This document shows, in pieces, positions 7,869 to 15,519 of a stretch of DNA of 26,977 nt. The first letter of the stretch is position 1; every line of letters begins with the position of its first letter. The DNA is from Chthoniobacteraceae bacterium. GTDB lineage: Bacteria > Verrucomicrobiota > Verrucomicrobiia > Chthoniobacterales > Chthoniobacteraceae. Position numbers and translations under genes: made by a program. The notes under the pieces are model-generated. The model was not told where the DNA came from and made no database searches. It was given only the letters and a program-made list of their open reading frames with translations. The stretch spans positions 1 through 26,977 of the forward strand of contig JBEBGD010000076.1 of the NCBI GenBank assembly GCA_040081625.1, written 5' to 3'.

Positions 7869-8419
7869 CGTCCGACCTCGCTCCCGAAGATCCCGCTGCG
7901 CGTCAGCCCCGCCCGGCAGACGATCGTCTTGAGCGTGCGCTCCCGCGAGCCGTGCGGGTCCGTCCACGTGATCGTGCTCTCGATCAAAAGCGTGTGCTCC
8001 GCCCCGAGATCGCCCGCCTGGTCGATGATTGCCGCGCCGCCCTGCCGCCGCACCCGGAACGTGCCGAGCCCTTCCCGCGGCCCCGTAGCCGTGGGCAACT
8101 CGGGCGACACACTCACGACCTCCACGATGCCCGTCCCGGCCAGCTCCCTCTCACTTTCGGTCGCCGTCCGCATCAGCGCTGCGAGCATCGTCGAATTGGA
8201 AATCTCCGGCCACACCTTGCTGCGGATCGCCTCGACACGCTGCTGGAGCACCTGGCTGGCGGCCGCCGTCTGGCGGGTCGCCCGCAAGGTGTGGGCGCTA
8301 CGGGTATTCAGCGCCAGGATGCTTCCGAGCGCGATGCAGATCATCAGCATCGCCACCATCACCTCGAGCAGGGTGAAGGCGCGAGAGCGATGGCTCGGCG
8401 ATGCGGCGTGCAGAGTCAT
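7865..8419 (-). CDS. Prepilin-type N-terminal cleavage/methylation protein (PilV/GspI-like)
   Basis: RSRA|FTLLEVMVAMLMICIALG, ASQVLQQRVEAIR and a C-terminal TITWTD; 184 aa. Confidence 0.87.
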   Translation of the reverse strand: MTLHAASPSHRSRAFTLLEVMVAMLMICIALGSILALNTRSAHTLRATRQTAAASQVLQQRVEAIRSKVWPEISNSTMLAALMRTATESERELAGTGIVEVVSVSPELPTATGPREGLGTFRVRRQGGAAIIDQAGDLGAEHTLLIESTITWTDPHGSRERTLKTIVCRAGLTRSGIFGSEVGR

Positions 8420-8511
8420 GCCTCTGTCAGAAAGCAGGCGGCATTCCTCCGATCGATCGGATCCGACCGGGCAGGGAAAGGCTGATCGCCCTCCCGTCCC
8501 GCCAGCCGAGG

Positions 8512-8721
8512 CTACCCCTGCGCGCGGAAGATCGCCGTCAGCAGCGCATTGTAATTCAGCCGCAACTGCTCCGCGTCCGGATCGCCAAACTGCGTATCCA
8601 TCGTCGCCAGCCCGGTCGGGTTCCGCGCCGTGCCATCGATGGCCGAGTCCAGGTCCGAGCGCGACACCTCGCCCTGCGCGCCATTGATCGTGAGGATGGC
8701 ATCGATGAGCGCCTTCAGCCC
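8512..8721 (-). pseudogene. Probable 3' remnant of a small hypothetical gene
   Basis: The C-terminal ~70 codons (GLKALIDAILTINGAQGEVSRSDLDSAIDGTARNPTGLATM...LNYNALLTAIFR) have protein-like GC3 usage. The track's upstream 40 codons run through palindromic repeat DNA. Confidence 0.45.
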
Positions 8722-8777
8722 CGCGGCGTCAGCACGGGGATTCCAATTCGCCCAAGGATGCACCCCGGACGGGATGC
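8717..8777. repeat. Degenerate REP-like double hairpin
   Basis: AGCCCCGCGGC-GTCA-GCACGGGG (8717-8739) resembles AGCCCGGCGC-TTCA-GCGCCGGG at 17831. A second hairpin, GCACCCCG-GA-CGGGATGC, is at 8760-8777. Confidence 0.45.
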
Positions 8778-8886
8778 CGGAACCCCTGATCTCGCTGTTC
8801 TTAAGCAAGAATATTCTCACGACCCCTTTCCCGTCAGAGGCCAAGGCATCGCCAGCGAAAGGTTAGTTCAGGATGAAAACCCGCTG

Positions 8887-10749
8887 ATGAAAACAACCTT
8901 CGTCTCCGCATTTGTCGCTGCGCTTCTGCCGGCAGGAAGCCTCGCCGCCGCTCCCAACGAACCCACCCGGTGGGCCGGCGTCGTCGTGGACGATGAGGCC
9001 GCGGAATACGCCGGCAAGTGGGTGAAAAAGGCGAAGCAATCGTGCCTCTTCGGGAAGACGTATCATCACGACGACAAAAAGGATCCCAGCGCGAAGTCCG
9101 CTCGCTTCACGTCCGATTTGCCCGAGGCCGGACAATACGAAGTGCGGTTGCTCTGGGTGCCTGACGCGAACCGTGCGACGAATGTTTCCGTCAGCGTCTT
9201 TAGTGATGAGGGCGAAACGAAGTGCGCCGTGAACGAGCGAGAGGCACCCTTGATCAGCGGCGTGCCGCGAGCGCTGGGAGTGTTCCGCTTTGTGGCGGGG
9301 AGGAATGGCGCGGTGGTCGTATCGACCGTAGGTGCGGACGGCTTTGTCGTCGTGGACGCTGTTCAGTTCGTGCCCATCGCTATCGCCCGAGCCGAGCGGG
9401 CGGTGGTGAAAGACCTCCTCGCCGAACCGCGACAGGTGCGTCACACCGCATCCTCGCCCGCGCATCTGCGCGTGGAGTGGGACGATGTCGCGACGGACGA
9501 AACGGGCTATCGCATCTGGCGGCGGGAGGCCGGAGGGGCATGGTATCTGGCGGGTGAGACCGGAGCCAATGCCACGCATTTCGACGACGGCGGGATGCAG
9601 GAACTGACGGCCTATGAGCACAAGGTCGCGGCCTTCAACAGCTCGGGCGAAGGAGCGGCGGCGGTCGCGTCATGCGCGACCAAAACTCCGCGCATGGAGC
9701 CGCACCTGAAACCGGAAGTGATCGTGTCAGCGGGCCGCACCTTTCCCTCGGGGCCCGCTGCGGTCGCGTTGAAGTCGGGCGAACTATTGCTCGCGTATCA
9801 AACGGGCTATGCCGGGCAGCGGCGCAATCACATGCAGGCGAGCGCGTGGATGATGAACTCACGCGATGGCTTTCGCGGCTGGTCGGAGCCGCTCTTGATT
9901 CTGACCGGAGGGCGCGAAGTGATTTACGGAAAGTGTGCGCTGGTCCGCCTGTCCGATGGACGGCTGGGCATGTCGTTCAGTCGCTGGATGTGCGATGAGA
10001 AAGGGAAGATCATCGGTCGGCAGAGGCAATTCATCGCGTCCGCCGATGAAGGCGAATCGTGGTCCGCACCGGTGGATGTCGGCCCGATGTCGGCAAACAA
10101 CCAGACGCTCATCATCGCTGACAGCGGACGACTTCTGGAATCGCTGTCGGGCACAACGGGAGTGAACGAAATCCACGCCTCCGACGATCTGGGCGGAACG
10201 TGGAGATCGTTGGGAACCGTGCCGGGAAAAGGACTCGGCGAAGCGGCCCTCGCACACGTCGGCGGCGGACGCCTCGTCTTTCTCAGTCGGCACGAATGGC
10301 CTTTCTATCGGCTCAGCTTCTCGGCTGACAACGGCGGCACATGGGAGAAGACCGAATCGCTGCTCTACCTCGGCGGCGGCGACAATCCGCCCAAGCTCAC
10401 CCTGCTGCCCGACGGCAAGACGCTCGCGGCGATCGTCCACTCCTGGTATCCCGGCAGAAAGGCGAAGGACCGTCGCCAGCTCGCCTCCGTCATCAGCCGC
10501 GACGGCGGACGCACGTGGGACAATTTCCGTCTCATCGGCTTCGCGCCCGACGGCGCGGATGGTTTCCTCCAGCACTCAATCACGTTCGTCGGCGACACCG
10601 GGTATCTTTTCTACGGCGGCGGTTCACGACTCGACACCAACGACGGGAAAGACCTGCGCGTGCTGCGGCTGCACAAAGACTTTTTCACCTCGACGACTCC
10701 GTGGCCTTACGACTGGCATGGCCGGGCCTTGGCACCGGCTCAAAAGTAA
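8887..10749 (+). CDS. Secreted multidomain protein: Golvesin/Xly CBM-like + fibronectin type III + BNR/Asp-box (sialidase-like) beta-propeller
   Basis: Start ATG 8887 with signal MKTTFVSAFVAALLPAGSLAA. Golvesin-like VVVDD..AEYAGKW...GQYEVRL.W....NRATNV...VVVDAVQF; FN3 LRVEWDD..TDETGYRIWR...YEHKVAAFN; Asp boxes SADEGESW, SDDLGGTW, SADNGGTW, SRDGGRTW; 620 aa. Confidence 0.85.
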   Translation: MKTTFVSAFVAALLPAGSLAAAPNEPTRWAGVVVDDEAAEYAGKWVKKAKQSCLFGKTYHHDDKKDPSAKSARFTSDLPEAGQYEVRLLWVPDANRATNVSVSVFSDEGETKCAVNEREAPLISGVPRALGVFRFVAGRNGAVVVSTVGADGFVVVDAVQFVPIAIARAERAVVKDLLAEPRQVRHTASSPAHLRVEWDDVATDETGYRIWRREAGGAWYLAGETGANATHFDDGGMQELTAYEHKVAAFNSSGEGAAAVASCATKTPRMEPHLKPEVIVSAGRTFPSGPAAVALKSGELLLAYQTGYAGQRRNHMQASAWMMNSRDGFRGWSEPLLILTGGREVIYGKCALVRLSDGRLGMSFSRWMCDEKGKIIGRQRQFIASADEGESWSAPVDVGPMSANNQTLIIADSGRLLESLSGTTGVNEIHASDDLGGTWRSLGTVPGKGLGEAALAHVGGGRLVFLSRHEWPFYRLSFSADNGGTWEKTESLLYLGGGDNPPKLTLLPDGKTLAAIVHSWYPGRKAKDRRQLASVISRDGGRTWDNFRLIGFAPDGADGFLQHSITFVGDTGYLFYGGGSRLDTNDGKDLRVLRLHKDFFTSTTPWPYDWHGRALAPAQK

Positions 10750-10834
10750 CCAAGGACAGTTCTCGATGAAACTTCCCATCAAGACGAGGAAAGGGGCCGT
10801 CCCGCTCACCAAACTGCCGATCACAAAAAGCGCC

Positions 10835-12148
10835 ATGCTTCAGAAACCTCAAATCATCCTCCTCGCACTCTGCTGCGGCCAACTCACTGCACGCGCTGAA
10901 CCGATCGTGGCATCCCGGAGCTGGCAGGAACGTGCCGCCGCGCATGCCCGCATCCTTTCCGATGTGAAATGGACGCCTGTGGCTGACACGATGCCGAGCC
11001 GGAAGGGCGGCTTCTTCGAGAAGGGCAGGGAATACACCGGCGTGCCTTACTCCAGCGTGAGGTCGGAGGGACGTTACATCGGCTTCGACATCTCCCTGCG
11101 CACCTTTCTGGCCGCCGTGGAAAACCCGCACAGCGTGCTCTACACTGAAAATCTGACGGGCAAGGTCTCCAACGCCGCCACCTTCTACGGCAGCGTGTGT
11201 TCCGCCTACACCAGCTACGCATTGAACTGCGGCATATGGGAAGTCAGCCGTCGCTACGGGCCGGAGATCAGCGAGGGCATCGTGCGCGTCGAACCGCAAT
11301 CGGCGCAGGGCGCGCAGGTGGGCGATGTGATTTACACTCCGCATGCGACGGAGACTTCCGGCTCGCATGTGGAGATGGTGACCGCTGTGACGAAAGACAA
11401 GCAAGGCCGCGTGACATCCGTGCTTGTCGAGGAAAGCCGCCCGCCGACCACGCAGATCACCGACCGCAGTGTTGCGAACTTTGACCAGCACCTCGGGACT
11501 CGAAACAAACAACTTTTCCGCATTACCGATCTCGATGCGTGGCGCGGCACCAACCGCGCCGAGGGCCTCCGCTTTCCCGACTACGCCAACGATGCCACCG
11601 CGCCCACGATCAACCGCGCGCTGCTGCTCGATCTCGGAGACTGGGTGCCTTATCAAAAGGGAACGGCCGTCAAGTTCCACGTCATGGACCGCGACAAACT
11701 CGGTGTGAAGGCGCTCGTCGTCCGGCGAGGCGGCGAGGTGGTGGAAGAGATCGCGCTCGACGGCCCCGGCCTGCACGTGCGCACGTTCGCGATCTGTGGC
11801 GACTACACCGCGCACGTCGTTCACCGGGACGGCTCGCGAAGCCAGGCCTGCGAATTTGCGGTGTCCGACCTGGACCTCCGCCTGCCCGGCGACAGCGTGC
11901 GCCTTTCCGGAGATTGGACGGTCGGGTTCAGCTCCGAGAACATGGACATCATCGCTGTCTATCTCTGGAACTCAGCCGACAGCTATGGCCGCCACCCGAA
12001 CTTCCTCACCGAGGAGCAACGAAAGAGCGGCGCCCTCACCATCCCCGCCGGGCTGCTGAAAAAAGCGGGCACCCTGCAGGTCTGGCTGATCGGCGAACAC
12101 AAGCTCGGCCGGCTCAAGCTGCGAAAAGACATCCCGCTCGTGAAGTGA
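10835..12148 (+). CDS. Secreted protein with an NlpC/P60-like (papain-fold) catalytic domain and C-terminal beta-rich domains
   Basis: Signal MLQKPQIILLALCCGQLTARA (alternative ATG at 10766). GVPY ... GSVCSAYTSYAL ... GDVIY ... GSHVEMV follows the NlpC/P60 Cys-His order; 437 aa. Confidence 0.65.
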   Translation: MLQKPQIILLALCCGQLTARAEPIVASRSWQERAAAHARILSDVKWTPVADTMPSRKGGFFEKGREYTGVPYSSVRSEGRYIGFDISLRTFLAAVENPHSVLYTENLTGKVSNAATFYGSVCSAYTSYALNCGIWEVSRRYGPEISEGIVRVEPQSAQGAQVGDVIYTPHATETSGSHVEMVTAVTKDKQGRVTSVLVEESRPPTTQITDRSVANFDQHLGTRNKQLFRITDLDAWRGTNRAEGLRFPDYANDATAPTINRALLLDLGDWVPYQKGTAVKFHVMDRDKLGVKALVVRRGGEVVEEIALDGPGLHVRTFAICGDYTAHVVHRDGSRSQACEFAVSDLDLRLPGDSVRLSGDWTVGFSSENMDIIAVYLWNSADSYGRHPNFLTEEQRKSGALTIPAGLLKKAGTLQVWLIGEHKLGRLKLRKDIPLVK

Positions 12149-12176
12149 GTGCCGCTGGCCGATTTCCCTCCTTCCC

Positions 12177-12977
12177 ATGCACTCGATCAAAAACATCGCC
12201 TATCGCACCGACACGATCTTCCACGATCGCGATGGATTCGTTGAGGAGCACACGAACTACTTTGCGATTCGCACTCCGACGAACCCCAGCTTCTGGTTTG
12301 GCAATTTCATCCTGTTCAAGCGGCCTCCGGGCGCGGGTGACTTTGACGAGTGGATGGCGATTCACCGAGGGGTATTTGGCGGGGCGCTCAACCATGTGAC
12401 CTTCGGTTGGGACGAGCCTGCTCCGGGATTCATCGATGAATTCATTGCCGCAGGCTTCCGGACGTCGAACGGGTTGGCGCTCTCAATGTCCGCCTATGAC
12501 GGAGGTGTTTCGGTCAACCAGGATCTGACCGTGCGACCGCTTCGGGAGACATCCGAATGGGAGGCGATGCTCGAACAGCAAATGCACATCGATCGCGAAG
12601 ATTTTGGCTATCCCGAAGACGGCGGATTCTTTCGGCGGACGCAGATGAAGTCGTTGCGGGCTCTGGCTGAAGCGGGGCACGGCGATTGGTGGGGCGCCTT
12701 TCACGGGAGTGAGTTGATCGGCGGCATGGGACTCTACTTCGATGAGGAGCGGACCGTCGGTCGTTTTCAATACGTGACCACCCGCGCAAGTCGTCGCCGC
12801 CAACGCGTCTGCACCACGCTGCTGGATCGCGCGGTGCGGCACGCCTTCGAGACCGTGAAGGTCAAACAACTGGTCATCTGCACGGGAGCGGACGACAAGA
12901 ACCCGGCGATCCCCACTTATCGCAATTTTGGATTCCGCGAAACCGTGAGCAGCTACGCGCTCACTCGCCGCGACTGA
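12177..12977 (+). CDS. GNAT-family N-acetyltransferase
   Basis: N-terminal IRTPTNPSFWFGNF; C-terminal GNAT motif A RFQYVTTRASRRRQRVCTTLL and motif B AIPTYRNFGF; 266 aa. Confidence 0.85.
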   Translation: MHSIKNIAYRTDTIFHDRDGFVEEHTNYFAIRTPTNPSFWFGNFILFKRPPGAGDFDEWMAIHRGVFGGALNHVTFGWDEPAPGFIDEFIAAGFRTSNGLALSMSAYDGGVSVNQDLTVRPLRETSEWEAMLEQQMHIDREDFGYPEDGGFFRRTQMKSLRALAEAGHGDWWGAFHGSELIGGMGLYFDEERTVGRFQYVTTRASRRRQRVCTTLLDRAVRHAFETVKVKQLVICTGADDKNPAIPTYRNFGFRETVSSYALTRRD

Positions 12978-12989
12978 CGCACAGGGAAA

Positions 12990-13748
12990 TCAGCGCTGAG
13001 GCGGAGGGCCGGGCGGACGATTGCGTGGACCGCCGCCGCCGCGCTGCTCGCGCTCGGGCGGGGTGTGCTCGTGCTTGCCGTGTTCGTCGTCGGGCGGCGT
13101 GGTGCCGAGGACGATGTCCCACTTCGCGCCGAGCACGCCGGCAGGAGCGCCGCTGAGCGCGGCGAAATCAATCGTGACGGACTCGCGCGGTTTGCCTTCC
13201 GGGACGCGATTGTAGAGGCCGTCCTTCGCGTTGCCGGGATGACCCTTGATATACATTTGCGTGGTGAGCAGTTCGCGTCCGTTCACGCGCACCTTGGCGT
13301 GAATGTGCGGGGTGCGTCCGGCGTAGGGGACGGGCTTGATCGTGCGGAAGAGATACTCGCCGCTGCTCGCGGTGACGAAGCGGCCGTAGCCCTGGAAGTT
13401 CTTGTCCTGCTTTTTGTTCCCGCCGGAACTCTTCGAGTGGAGATAGACGCCGTTCGCGTCGCACTGCCAGATCTCGACCGTCGCCCCGCGCAACGGCGCG
13501 CCATTCGGCCCGAGGATGCGCCCGGTCAGATACGTGATGTCGCCAACGGCGGGCGTGATCGAGTCATTCAGGATGAGCAGATCGTTGTCGGTATCAAGCG
13601 GCAGATGATCGGGATAAAACGGCCCCTCGGTCTGCTTCGGCGTGAGCGTGAGCGCCTCGGCGAATGCGCCGCGTGCGGTGAAGAACGCGCCGCTCGCAGC
13701 GAGTTGCGCGAGGAAACGGCGGCGGGATCTGGCGGTGACAATATTCAT
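12990..13748 (-). CDS. Tat-exported intradiol ring-cleavage dioxygenase family protein (protocatechuate 3,4-dioxygenase-like)
   Basis: Tat motif SRRRFL; EGPFYP, VEIWQCDANGVY, FRTIKPVPY and RTPHIH (2 Tyr / 2 His iron ligands); disordered H/G/P/R tail; 252 aa. Confidence 0.9.
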   Translation of the reverse strand: MNIVTARSRRRFLAQLAASGAFFTARGAFAEALTLTPKQTEGPFYPDHLPLDTDNDLLILNDSITPAVGDITYLTGRILGPNGAPLRGATVEIWQCDANGVYLHSKSSGGNKKQDKNFQGYGRFVTASSGEYLFRTIKPVPYAGRTPHIHAKVRVNGRELLTTQMYIKGHPGNAKDGLYNRVPEGKPRESVTIDFAALSGAPAGVLGAKWDIVLGTTPPDDEHGKHEHTPPEREQRGGGGPRNRPPGPPPQR

Positions 13749-13796
13749 GGCGCGCTCAGCGTGCGCCCGTTTGCGTCGCGGCGCCATCCACTCTTT

Positions 13797-14093
13797 TCAC
13801 CCGCCCGCCATCGCGCCGACGATCATGAAGGGCTCCGCGCCGGTGGCGACAGCCTCGGGCAGGATGGTGTCCGGCGGCTCGTTCGAGAGGTCTTCCTTGC
13901 ACGCGAAGAACCGGATGAAGGGCCGCCGCTTCAGCGAATCGTGATCGCGGATCGTGCCGCGCAGCACGGGGTGGCGCGCCTCGATTTCGTCGAGCACCGC
14001 GCGCAGCGTCACGGGCGCGGGAAGGTCGAGCGGCACCTCGCCTTCCACCCGCGCGAGCGTGCGGAGGTGATACGGCAGCACCACGCGGATCAT
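13797..14093 (-). CDS. MoaD/ThiS-family ubiquitin-like (beta-grasp) protein
   Basis: 98 aa, [14 protein letters not shown]...[15 protein letters not shown]...IVGAMAGG with a free C-terminal Gly-Gly. Confidence 0.92.
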   Translation of the reverse strand: MIRVVLPYHLRTLARVEGEVPLDLPAPVTLRAVLDEIEARHPVLRGTIRDHDSLKRRPFIRFFACKEDLSNEPPDTILPEAVATGAEPFMIVGAMAGG

Positions 14094-14206
14094 TCGATTT
14101 TGGATTTTGGATTTTGGATTTCGGATTTCCCCGACGCGTGAATCCAGACGGGGCTCGGTCGCGGCGGCGGCGAATCAAAAATTGCGAATCCCAAATCCAG
14201 AATCAT
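14094..14206. mobile_element. 113-bp miniature element with inverted heptamer-repeat arms and an apparent 5-bp target duplication
   Basis: Left arm (GATTTTG)3-GATTTCG-GATTT at 14096-14128; right arm GCGAATC-AAAAATT-GCGAATC-CCAAATC-CAGAATC at 14170-14204. ATCAT occurs at both 14089-14093 and 14202-14206. Confidence 0.6.
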
Positions 14207-15363
14207 CGCAGCGTCTGCACTTCGACCGAGAGCACGGCGGGGAGATCGCGCACGATCGCGGTCCACGTGTCGCCGCTGTCGGCGGACGCATAGACCTGTC
14301 CGCCGGTAGTGCCGAAATAGACGCCGCACGAGTCGAGCGAATCGACCGCCATGGCGTCGCGCAGCACGTTCACGTAGCAGTTCTCCTGCGGCAGGCCGCG
14401 CGTGAGCGGCTCCCATTCATTGCCGCCGGTGCGGCTGCGATAGACGCGCAGTTTTCCATCCGGCGGGAAGTGCTCGGAGTCGCTCTTGATCGGCACCACG
14501 TAGATCGTCTCCGGCTCGTGCGCGTGGACTTCGATCGGGAAGCCGAAGTCGGTCGGTAGATTGCCGCTGATCTCGATCCACATCTCGCCCGCGTTGTCGC
14601 TGCGCATCACGTCCCAGTGCTTCTGCATGAAGAGCACGTCGGGCCGCGACGGATGCATCGCGATGCGATGAACGCAGTGGCCGATGCCGGCGTCCGGGTC
14701 GGGAAGTTCGTAGGCGGACTTGAGGCCGCGGTTGATCGGTTTCCAGTTCGCGCCGCCGTCGTCGGTGCGGAAGGCGCCCGCCGCCGAGATCGCGACGTAG
14801 ATGCGCTGCGGATTTTTCGGGTCGAGAAGGATCGTGTGCAGCCCCATGCCGCCCGCGCCCGGCTGCCAGAGCTCGCCCTTCGCGGCGCGCAGCGCGGAGA
14901 GTTCACGCCACGACGCGCCGCCGTCGGTGGACTTGAAAAGCGCGGCGTCTTCCACACCGGCGAAGACCGTGTCGCGATCCGTGAGCGACGGCTCGAGATG
15001 CCACACGCGCTTGAACTCCCACGGATGCTGCGTGCCGTCATACCACTTGTGAGTGCCGACCGTGCCTTCATACGCGAACTTGTTGCTCGCAGCGCCGGGC
15101 GGCGAATCGGGCCCCGGCACCGCGCTGCCATCGGGCGTGTTCCAGGTCTTCCCGCCGTCGTCGGAGCGTTGGATGATCTGCCCGAACCAACTGCTCGTCT
15201 GTGACGCATAGATGCGGTCGGGATCAAGCGGCGAGCCTTTGAGGTGATACATCTCCCAGCCCGCGAAGTGCGGCCCGCTTACGTCCCACCGCTCGCGCTT
15301 CGCGTCGGAGGTGAGGATGAACGCGCCTTTGCGCGTGCCGACTAAAACGCGCACCGCGCTCAT
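14203..15363 (-). CDS. Cytoplasmic BNR/Asp-box beta-propeller protein (often annotated exo-alpha-sialidase or WD40/YVTN/BNR-like)
   Basis: [15 protein letters not shown] with no signal peptide. Asp boxes [56 protein letters not shown] upstream; 386 aa. Confidence 0.9.
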   Translation of the reverse strand: MSAVRVLVGTRKGAFILTSDAKRERWDVSGPHFAGWEMYHLKGSPLDPDRIYASQTSSWFGQIIQRSDDGGKTWNTPDGSAVPGPDSPPGAASNKFAYEGTVGTHKWYDGTQHPWEFKRVWHLEPSLTDRDTVFAGVEDAALFKSTDGGASWRELSALRAAKGELWQPGAGGMGLHTILLDPKNPQRIYVAISAAGAFRTDDGGANWKPINRGLKSAYELPDPDAGIGHCVHRIAMHPSRPDVLFMQKHWDVMRSDNAGEMWIEISGNLPTDFGFPIEVHAHEPETIYVVPIKSDSEHFPPDGKLRVYRSRTGGNEWEPLTRGLPQENCYVNVLRDAMAVDSLDSCGVYFGTTGGQVYASADSGDTWTAIVRDLPAVLSVEVQTLR

Positions 15364-15519
15364 TTGAACCTCCCCGTGAAACCGGCTTTGGATTCAGTCA
15401 TGGATGTCATGCCCGGCTTCGTGCCTCACGCCGCGCGCCGCGTGAAGCAAAAAATCATCCGTGAACTTCCGCTGTGCGCTGGTTGACATGCCGGGCGCCG
15501 CCGGGCAGGGGAATGCGCC

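Noticed and set aside
5926..8687. Plus-strand ORFs 5926..7266 and 7203..8687
   Set aside because: They are Arg-rich antisense shadows of the pilin triplet.
8401..8886. 162-aa N-terminal extension of the 782-aa ORF
   Set aside because: The signal peptide starts at 8887; the extension crosses repeat DNA and an antisense remnant.
13797..14093. Calling this gene moaD of molybdopterin synthase
   Set aside because: No moaA/C/E or moeB is nearby and the context is the BNR propeller, so only the family is assigned.
14096..14204. Heptamer repeats as a CRISPR array or phase-variation tract
   Set aside because: There are no unique spacers or cas genes; the units are degenerate, intergenic and arranged as inverted arms.
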